Assembly: GCF_006345805.1 (NCBI RefSeq) | Contig: NC_043003.1 | Location: 75,578,001-75,642,000 of the forward strand | DNA length: 64,000 nt | Source: Octopus sinensis | Lineage: Eukaryota | Direction: 5' to 3' | In this document: in pieces, positions 27,531 to 36,764 of the stretch | How positions within the stretch are numbered: the first letter of the stretch is position 1 | Layout: the number at the start of each line of letters is the position of its first letter | Program-made: the position numbers and the translations under genes | Notes under the pieces: generated by a model | The model's database searches: none | What the model was told of the DNA's origin: nothing | What the model saw: only the letters and a program-made list of their open reading frames with translations

Positions 27531-28305
27531 TTTTTATACACACACACACTGTGCTATTAGAATCATTAGCATGCAGGACGAATTTCGTCTGTTATAACAT
27601 TGTGGGTTCTAATATATCCGAGGCCGACATTACCTTTCATCATTTCGGAGTCGATAAAATAAGTACAAGTTGAGCAGTTGGGTCGGTGCAATGGAGTTAG
27701 CTACTTCTGTGTATGAGTATAAAAACTGCATCCTTCCACCAAGCCATGTCGAAGTCGAATCAGTCTGGCAGAGTAAGCTCATCAAACCAGTAGGATCTCA
27801 AACCTAAATTCGCTGCCTCCGCAACATATCGTGGTAGGCGGAGAGCGCGTGCCGAGGCCTACACAGGAGGCAACAGAGATTTTCATAATCTTTTTTGTTA
27901 TTATACCTAGGCTTCTTTAATAATAAATGAAATTGTGATTCATAAGGGAAATTTTATAATCAGATTATCACACCTTCAGAGATTTATATGATTCTCATGA
28001 ACGTTATATAGTAATCGACACAGATTTTTATAGTATCCTATGTAACGATTGAACTATAGCTGGTTAAACATTTCCATACATTAGTAGTAGATAGAAGACA
28101 CATAATCGTTATCATAGTAGATAAAGAATTAGTTTCTATCTCCAATCTGTCTATGAAAATGGGAAAAGATGTATCGATAGCAATTAGTATTGAAAGATCA
28201 CACCACGATATCTATCCAGTATATGTTTCACGTTAGGAAGCTAATTACCATGAATTTTCGTTGGCACCCTCATCAGTAGACACACATATGCACTTATATT
28301 TACAA

Positions 28306-28355
<50 letters not shown>

Positions 28356-28364
28356 TCATATACA

Positions 28365-28421
<57 letters not shown>

Positions 28422-28502
28422 TTCTAAGAATATTTATACACATATCTATCTACCTATCTATCTATCTATGTATCTCTCTCTCTCTCTCTCTCTAGATATA
28501 TA

Positions 28503-28586
28503 TATTTGCATAGTATTCAAATACAAGGGGCATTTTTCTTGTTTCTACCTCTCTGTCTCTCTAGCTTATTCTTGTGTGTGTATATA

Positions 28587-28651
<65 letters not shown>

Positions 28652-28665
28652 ATATATATATACAC

Positions 28666-28696
<31 letters not shown>

Positions 28697-28948
28697 AGAG
28701 TAAGCGAGAGAGACAGAGACAGGTAGAAACAAGAAAAATGCCCCTTGTATTTGAATACTATGCAAATATTCGCTTTAAAAATAACTTTTCTTTTAATTTT
28801 TCAAAAAGTTGTTTTCCATAACTACAGTTGAAAAAGTCTTATCGACTGAAACCGGTACTGAAATGCATCTTATAAAATTATCTTAGCATTTTCTACCTTG
28901 ACTTTTCTCCCATATATATCAAGTCGTGTGTTCCTCTTAAACTTTCTA
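28503..28948 (+). mobile_element. short hammerhead-bearing element with an inverted arm (28503-28580 vs 28686-28768) around a central (TA)n
   Basis: ATTTGCATAGTATTCAAATACAAGGGGCATTTTTCTTG is the reverse complement of 28730-28768. The right arm continues through an HHR. Confidence 0.8.
28825..28860 (+). ncRNA. minimal type I hammerhead, U3-A8 core variant
   Basis: CAG-UUGAAAA-AGUC UUAUC GACU-GAAA-CCGG-UA-CUG. Confidence 0.75.
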
Positions 28949-28987
28949 CATACACACATACATACATACATACATACATTCATACCT

Positions 28988-29189
28988 CGTGTGTACCATT
29001 GGCGATTTTTTTCCTCTGTCTTCCCTTCTCTGGATCTTTCCTTCTCCTATGTTTCCGACGAAGAGCTCCGCTCGAAACGTTAAGCTCTTCTTCTTTCCTG
29101 CTTTCCTGAGCGTCCAATAATACTATATTTGCTCCAAGTCCTCGCGTTGTTGTGTTTTTTTGTGCTTTCTTGTTTGGATTAACGTTAAC

Positions 29190-29190
<1 letters not shown>
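28988..29190 (+). mobile_element. short interspersed element with hammerhead-like motif, ending in (TA)n
   Basis: Its 3' end recurs inverted at about 35336-35378, and its layout parallels 1625-1856. Confidence 0.65.
29051..29085 (+). ncRNA. minimal hammerhead motif with extra A, U4>C
   Basis: GUUU-CCGACGAA-GAGC UCC GCUC-GAAA-CG-UU-AAGC. Confidence 0.55.
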
Positions 29191-29249
<59 letters not shown>

Positions 29250-30550
29250 GTGTGTGTGTGTGTGTGTGTGCGTGCGTGTGTGCGTGCGTGTGCGTGTGGT
29301 GTGTTTTACTATGTATCTATATTCCTTGCAATTCCAGATCTCATAGGATTTGCTTGTACCGAAAACTCTGTCAGCATAAAAATATGCTCTTAACTCATCG
29401 ACATAGTAATATAATATATACGAACATGTTTATGATAATCTCATCGCTCATAATCTACCCGCGCATTTTTATTACCTGTGTGTGTGTTGCAGCTATAATA
29501 ACCCTGCTGTAGTTCAAAATCTATGCATCTCAACCTTAAGCTCGAACATTTTCCGCTAGCAAAGACACTAGCACAAGTTTTGTTATTAAATGTTTATGTA
29601 TGCATAATATTGCTGCACTTAAATAGTGTTAGATGTGGAACCGATATATGTTTTATGACTTCGTTTCCTAACATAGCATTTGTAAAGTACGTTACCTTCA
29701 AAGACACAATGGAGTGCTGATTTAATGCTGCAGTATGGGAGTTATTTCAAGCATGTCCCACAGAATCTAGGAAAACAATATTTTCCTGCTCTTTATTCAG
29801 GATATTTTCGTCGGTAATATTTCTATTTTTAATATTTACGCTGTTAGTGTTAAGGCTAACAAAATTTTGTTGGATATAAGACATTTGAAATTTCGAAATG
29901 GGAATGTACTGTGTGAGATTCTTTAATTCTTCCTTCTGTACGAGTAATAGGATTTTCCTCAATTCCATAATTTTTCGAATTGTTAGTTTTATCACACACT
30001 GAGTTAGAAATCTTTACCTCCATAGTTTCTTTTGTTGATATGTATTTAATATTTTTTTTTTTTTTTTTTTCATTATTCTAAAGATTTTTTCTAGGGAAAA
30101 ATGTCATTTATATCATATTTTGTCTTCTGCTACTTTATAGGTAGGAACCAGACTTTGGGCTTTGTCTAGTTTATGGAATAAGTTTTCAGATATTATGGTA
30201 GAAAAAGATTGACAAGTGAGGCTTTGTGTATGAGTATTTCCCTAGTAACCGATTCAGAATACTATGTTATTTACAATTTGGTGTTTTTCTTAAGTATATT
30301 AAGGACAACCTTCGATATGATAGTCGTTACATGTTATCCCTACAGAGTGTTAAACGGGATTACCTCTTTAGTTTCTTAGTATTAGCTGCACCGGTGATGA
30401 TTTATTTTAAAGAATTTTTCATATTCTTCTCATCTGCGATTTTAGACACAGCATTCTCAACAGAAATTTCTGTAAGCTTTTTTCTTCAATCATCTACCTT
30501 GAAGTATATATTAAAATATCTCTCTAAATCTTTGTCTGTACATTTAAGCA

Positions 30551-31125
30551 CATTAATACCTCATTTTACGATGACCCACTTTTCGAGACCCCGGATTTAC
30601 AAGTTTTAGTTTTTCAAGCACAAGATCCAAATCTTGAACAAAGTGCAAAATTTCTACTACCATAACAAATGCGTCTGCGTGTTACCAAGAAATTTATTGA
30701 CAGAGAAAAAATGCTTCTTCTAAGCAAACAACTCTAGACTTGTTTTTTTTTTTTAAATCTCACTACGAGTGTTTGTGAATCAGCGATTGCGTCTACAAAC
30801 ACGATCTACAAACACGAAGTGATGGTGTGCGCGAGTCTAGTGCGAGTGAAACTGAATAAGAAACCGATAATAATAACAATATTTTTTTTTATTTATAAAT
30901 GATCTTGAAATCGTTTTTACTTTACATAAATTATTCTTTTGCGTCTAATATTGTTTTATTACCATTTATTTGCGAGTACTATAAATGTTACAAGTAAATA
31001 TTTTTCTGGGAACGAATTACGATTTACAACATTGCTACCATGTGAAATTATTGCTCTGCTTTAGGAGTTTTCATTTTGCGAGCGGTCTTCGGGAACAAAT
31101 TAACTCGTATATAGAGGCATTACTC
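30551..31125. mobile_element. possible decayed pogo/Tigger-like MITE
   Basis: CATTAATACCTC at left and GAGGCATTACT at right resemble decayed inverted ends. No coding capacity. Confidence 0.35.
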
Positions 31126-31164
31126 TACTTCTACATGATAAATACTTATGTATGAATGTGTATT

Positions 31165-31359
31165 TCTTTTATTCTTTATTTGTTTCAGTTATTTTGACTA
31201 CCACCATTCCGGAGCACCATCTTTAGTCGAACAAATCGACCCTTGGACGTATTGTTTGTACGCCTAGTACTTATTCCGTCGGTTTCTTTTGCCGAGCCGT
31301 TATGTTACAGTACTTAAACACACAAACATCGGTTGTTAAGCGATGGTGAGGGACAAGCA

Positions 31360-31406
<47 letters not shown>

Positions 31407-31448
31407 ACTCACACACACACTCACTCACACACATATATACACGACGGG

Positions 31449-31504
<56 letters not shown>

Positions 31505-31512
31505 TATATGTG

Positions 31513-31551
<39 letters not shown>

Positions 31552-31715
31552 TATGTTATTGGTTTCAAACATTTGACTGCGGCCATGCTGGAGCACCACC
31601 TTTAGTCGAACAAATTGACTCCAGGACTTATTCTTTGTAAGCCTTGTACTTATTCTATCTTTCTCTTTACCCAAACTACTACGGCTCTCAAGTAATGGTG
31701 GAGGAGACAAACACA
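31165..31715. mobile_element. two related SINE-like copies separated by microsatellite
   Basis: GGAGCACCA.CTTTAGTCGAACAAAT.GAC..GGAC.TATT.TTTGTA.GCCT.GTACTTATTC occurs at about 31210 and about 31590. Confidence 0.65.
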
Positions 31716-31724
31716 GATATACAA

Positions 31725-31813
<89 letters not shown>

Positions 31814-31815
<2 letters not shown>

Positions 31816-32088
31816 CAAGGAAAAATTATAAAAAGGCAGAACGCTATATTGAATGTAAATTTTAATGAAAATGGGTGTATCGAAAATTTTTTTAAATTAA
31901 AAAAAAAATATATATACATTAACTCAAACCGGTTTTCGTCGCAATGCGACTTTTCAAGAATTGTAAGGTGAAAAGAAAATGTTTATATAATTGGGGGGAG
32001 GGAAGAAAATTACATTGCTTTTCGCAAAAAAATAATAAACATATACAAAAATTAAAAAATAGCTACACCGATACATTGTAAAGTCTTT
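31814..32088 (-). mobile_element. about 275-bp AT-rich hammerhead-bearing insert between two (TA)n tracts
   Basis: Bounded by (TA)n; contains the HHR at 31921-31962. Confidence 0.65.
31921..31962 (-). ncRNA. minimal type I hammerhead, U3-A8 core variant
   Basis: AAUUC-UUGAAAA-GUCGC AUU GCGAC-GAAA-ACCGGU-UU-GAGUU. Stems I and II are 5 bp each and stem III is palindromic. Confidence 0.75.
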
Positions 32089-32370
32089 TATATATATATA
32101 TATATATATAAGTTTAACAATTAAGGATAATCTCTTAATAAGGGATCTTAACAAGAAATTATCGGGTAGCTAGCGTGAAAACCTCATAAAAGAAAAGAAT
32201 CCGAAAATAATTTTTTTCTTTTGAACAAATTAATTATATCTATATTGTATAGAGGGCATTATTACACATAAATGCCTCACACTAGGAGGGACAAAGTCAT
32301 TACTACCAAAAATTATACTAATCATACCCAAATGCAGTTTTTCAAAGCAAGACATTTAAAAATGAATTAT

Positions 32371-32426
32371 GTTCTGTATCACCGTGATTTCACATACAAC
32401 TTGCGTCTAATGATCGTCAGCAGAAC
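32371..32426 (-). ncRNA. type I hammerhead ribozyme (array B, left arm)
   Basis: Reverse complement of the 33115-33170 motif. Confidence 0.85.
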
Positions 32427-33114
32427 TGATTCTGAATACATCATAAATAAACTACCAACCTTACGTAGCGGAGACGAACAGACAACTGCTCACTCCGGCC
32501 AAGCACATGGAATGTTTATAAATCATATATCCGGTAAATGGCGGGCTTTTTACGAACTGCATGTCGGGTAATGAAAAGTATTTCGGAATAAGTTTAACAA
32601 TTAAGGATAATCTCTTAATAAGGGATCTTAACAAGAAATTATCGGGTAGCTAGCGTGAAAACCTCATAAAAGAAAAGAATCCGAAAATAATTTTTTTCTT
32701 TTGAACAAATTAATTATATCTATATTGTATAGATCATGATTAGTATAATTTTTGGTAGTAATGACTTTGTCCCTCCTAGTGTGAGGCATTTATGTGTAAT
32801 AATGCCCTCTATACAATATAGATATAATTAATTTGTTCAAAAGAAAACAATTATTTTCGGATTCTTTTCTTTTATGAGGTTTTCACGCTAGCTACCCGAT
32901 AATTTCTTGTTAAGATCCCTTATTAAGAGATTATCCTTAATTGTTAAACTTATTCCGAAATACTTTTCATTACCCGACATGCAGTTCGTAAAAAGCCCGC
33001 CATTTACCGGATATATGATTTATAAACATTCCATGTGCTTGGCCGGAGTGAGCAGTTGTCTGTTCGTCTCCGCTACGTAAGGTTGGTAGTTTATTTATGA
33101 TGTATTCAGAATCA

Positions 33115-33170
33115 GTTCTGCTGACGATCATTAGACGCAAGTTGTATGTGAAATCACGGTGATACAGAAC
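33115..33170 (+). ncRNA. type I hammerhead ribozyme (array B)
   Basis: GUUCUG-CUGACGA-U CAU UA GAC GCAA GUU GU AUG U-GAAA-UCA CGG UGA-UA-CAGAAC. 6-bp stem I, AUA cleavage triplet, GNRA loop II. Confidence 0.85.
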
Positions 33171-33594
33171 ATAATTCATTTTTAAATGTCTTGCTTTGAA
33201 AAACTGCATTTGGGTATGATTAGTATAATTTTTGGTAGTAATGACTTTGTCCCTCCTAGTGTGAGGCATTTATGTGTAATAATGCCCTCTATACAATATA
33301 GATATAATTAATTTGTTCAAAAGAAAAAAATTATTTTCGGATTCTTTTCTTTTATGAGGTTTTCACGCTAGCTACCCGATAATTTCTTGTTAAGATCCCT
33401 TATTAAGAGATTATCCTTAATTGTTAAACTTATTCCGAAATACTTTTCATTACCCGACATGCAGTTCGTAAAAAGCCCGCCATTTACCGGATATATGATT
33501 TATAAACATTCCATGTGCTTGGCCGGAGTGAGCAGTTGTCTGTTCGTCTCCGCTACGTAAGGTTGGTAGTTTATTTATGATGTATTCAGAATCA

Positions 33595-33650
33595 GTTCTG
33601 CTGACGATCATTAGACGCAAGTTGTATGTGAAATCACGGTGATACAGAAC
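33595..33650 (+). ncRNA. type I hammerhead ribozyme (array B)
   Basis: Identical motif 480 bp downstream. Confidence 0.85.
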
Positions 33651-34073
33651 ATAATTCATTTTTAAATGTCTTGCTTTGAAAAACTGCATTTGGGTATGAT
33701 TAGTATAATTTTTGGTAGTAATGACTTTGTCCCTCCTAGTGTGAGGCATTTATGTGTAATAATGCCCTCTATACAATATAGATATAATTAATTTGTTCAA
33801 AAGAAAAAAATTATTTTCGGATTCTTTTCTTTTATGAGGTTTTCACGCTAGCTACCCGATAATTTCTTGTTAAGATCCCTTATTAAGAGATTATCCTTAA
33901 TTGTTAAACTTATTCCGAAATACTTTTCATTACCCGACATGCAGTTCGTAAAAAGCCCGCCATTTACCGGATATATGATTATAAACATTCCATGTGCTTG
34001 GCCGGAGTGAGCAGTTGTCTGTTCGTCTCCGCTACGTAAGGTTGGTAGTTTATTTATGATGTATTCAGAATCA

Positions 34074-34129
34074 GTTCTGCTGACGATCATTAGACGCAAG
34101 TTGTATGTGAAATCACGGTGATACAGAAC
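34074..34129 (+). ncRNA. type I hammerhead ribozyme (array B)
   Basis: Identical motif 479 bp downstream (1-nt deletion near 33980). Confidence 0.85.
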
Positions 34130-34258
34130 ATAATTCATTTTTAAATGTCTTGCTTTGAAAAACTGCATTTGGGTATGATTAGTATAATTTTTGGTAGTAA
34201 TGACTTTGTCCCTCCTAGTGTGAGGCATTTATGTGTAATAATGCCCTCTATACAATAT

Positions 34259-34294
<36 letters not shown>

Positions 34295-34296
<2 letters not shown>

Positions 34297-34410
34297 GACA
34301 GGATTCTTTCCATTTCAGTCTACTAGATCCACTCACAAGGCTTTCGTCGACCCTAGGATATTTGTAGAAGACACTTGCCCAAAGTGCCACGCAATGAGAC
34401 TGAACACAAG
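34295..34410 (-). mobile_element. SINE fragment
   Basis: TCCACTCACAAGGCTTT..TAGAAGACACTTGCCCAAAGTGCCACGC is a recognisable SINE body in reverse orientation. Confidence 0.55.
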
Positions 34411-35378
34411 AAGCAGAAATTCAACAAAAAATAAGATACTGATAAATAGACGATAACATAACAAATGAGAAAGTAGACAAAAACTAGATACATGGACCAT
34501 CCACAGCAGATTTTCTATTCAATCTGTTTCCGAAAAGTCCAAGCAATTTTGCACTTTTTTACCACTCGAATCAGGTAAGCACCAGAGCTTTAACTTAAAA
34601 GCATTACGCTTCTGGGAAAAGCAAACGATGCATACAAGAACGGAAACAAAAAAGAACACAAGAACAGGAAAGCTAGAAGTATACACATACAACAGACGAA
34701 CGTCCTTCGGCTATACAACAAAAGGAAAACAATTGTACATTTACAAATAAATGAATAACAGAAAAAAGTCCTTCGACTATCAGGCGTACGTAACGTGATG
34801 AAGTAATAATACAGGTGAAACAGAAAAAGAATTATACTTATAGAGTAGACATACACCTTTCGGCTATACAACAAATAGAAAATAATTGTACAATAGTACA
34901 AACGTAGAAGGCTGGTTGAGAGGAGAAATGGAACGTCTTAGCAGACGAAGCGGAAGAACCGAAAACGTGACCGGCCTGGATGACGGCTGGTCGTAAAAGG
35001 ACAACAATGCATTGGTCGGGCAGCGATCACGTGGTTGGAGAGGGAAACAGTTGTAGAGGGAAAAGGGATCAAAGTTTAAGAGGGAGGGGAAAAGAGGGCA
35101 AACGAATAATAGAGAGGGAAAATGAAATCAAGAGTGGGGAACGAGAGGGAGGGAGAGAGAGAAAGACAGACAGAGAGAGAGAAAGACAGACAGACAGACA
35201 GACAGAAACAGAAAAGGAAGAAACAAAGGAGTAAAGCGGGGAATGAAAGAGGTGAGAGTCGTATACAAATATATAAATACATATATATATATATATATAT
35301 ATGTAAGCAAATATATAGTTATATATGTATATAAATAGTTAATCCAAACAAGAAAGCACAACAAAACACAACAACGCG

Positions 35379-35413
<35 letters not shown>

Positions 35414-35414
<1 letters not shown>

Positions 35415-35761
35415 TTAAAAAAAGGAGATGTGGAACATGAGTTGTGTTATATAAAAAAAGGAAATGAAGAAAATGCTGACAAAATAATTTAAGTAAGGGA
35501 GAGTGTATTTAATTAGGTGAAAGTTCTTTACCGGTTGCGCATTTGTTATGCTTATCAAAAGATATTTTTTAAGAGAGATACAGTTCCTTTCTGATAGATT
35601 TTTTCTCAGATAAGAGAAGAAAATCTATCAGAAAGGAACTGTATCTCTCTTAAAAAATATCTTTTGATAAGCATAACAAATGCGCAACCGGTAAAGAACT
35701 TTCACCTAATTAAATAAACTCTCCCTTACTTAAATTATTTTGTCAGCATTTTCTTCATTTC

Positions 35762-35770
<9 letters not shown>
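35414..35770. mobile_element. near-perfect palindromic insert (arms about 35457-35602 and 35620-35766, 17-nt spacer) in (TA)n, each arm with an HHR-like motif
   Basis: Arms are reverse complements with about 2 differences; the left arm extends about 40 bp further. Confidence 0.88.
35660..35697 (+). ncRNA. minimal hammerhead-like motif, U3-A8 variant with GAAA>GCAA (mirror copy near 35525-35562, minus strand)
   Basis: UCUU-UUGAUAA-GCAU AACAA AUGC-GCAA-CCGG-UA-AAGA. Confidence 0.6.
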
Positions 35771-35796
<26 letters not shown>

Positions 35797-36353
35797 ATAC
35801 ATATATAAATACATACACACGTACACACCTATATCAATGTGTGTATGTGTGTGTATGATAAATTTGTATTTTGTGAAATCTTGTTGTATTCCTTATTAGC
35901 AATCGCTACAAATTTCCAAATATATATTTACGTTAAAACTGGTATATAATGTAGTGATTACATGTAGTCCGCAGGTGCAGGATATCTTGATATATACCTT
36001 TGACAGAATGAATTGGCTTGAGTCGCAAAGTAAAACAGAATACAAAATGAAGATTTCATTATAAGTTTAAATTCTTTTGCAATTATTTCAATAACAACTC
36101 ATTAATTGGATTCTTACACATAGAATACTACGCAAGACTTGTGTGTGTAAATTAAACATATTTTAAATGAGTAGGATTTTCACTTTAATTAGATATTATT
36201 TAAGACATATGTCACATAATATGCGAATGCATATTTTCCGTTGCTTACTTCGTTAGAGGTAGCAAAACAACAATCAGAAGGACCAATGGTAATGACAACA
36301 ATAGTAGTAACATCAGTAGCAACTATAATAGAATATATAAAAATATATAATAT

Positions 36354-36406
<53 letters not shown>

Positions 36407-36708
36407 ATAATAATAATCACGTTTACATTCATACTGGTATAACTAAAGTCAATCGTAATTAAAGTGAATAAATAAATTAACAATAATAGTTTCAAATTTT
36501 GGCATAAGTCCAGCAAATTCGGGGGAATGGGTAAGTTGATTATATCTACCCCAGTTTGCAATTGATGTTTATATCATCGGCCCAGAAATGATGAAAATCA
36601 AAATCAGATGGTAAAGTGGGCGAAAGTGCGCCAGGCATTTTGCCAGTCGCACTAACGATTCTGCAAGCTTGCTGCGTTTTATTATTATTATTAATAATGA
36701 AAATAATG

Positions 36709-36762
<54 letters not shown>

Positions 36763-36764
<2 letters not shown>

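Larger units (their letters stand above)
32109..34265. mobile_element. retrozyme-like array B: 480-bp monomer, about 1.3 copies in one orientation and about 3.2 in the other, between (TA)n tracts
   Basis: Period 480 (32111/32591; 33121/33601). Inversion junction at 32733-32736. Copies are nearly identical, with four HHRs. Confidence 0.92.

Noticed and set aside
32272-34228. Repeated 99-aa ORF (MPHTRRDK...) as a small protein gene
   Set aside because: Antisense to the HHR, no known motif, and frameshifted in one copy. It cannot be fully excluded without dN/dS across family members.
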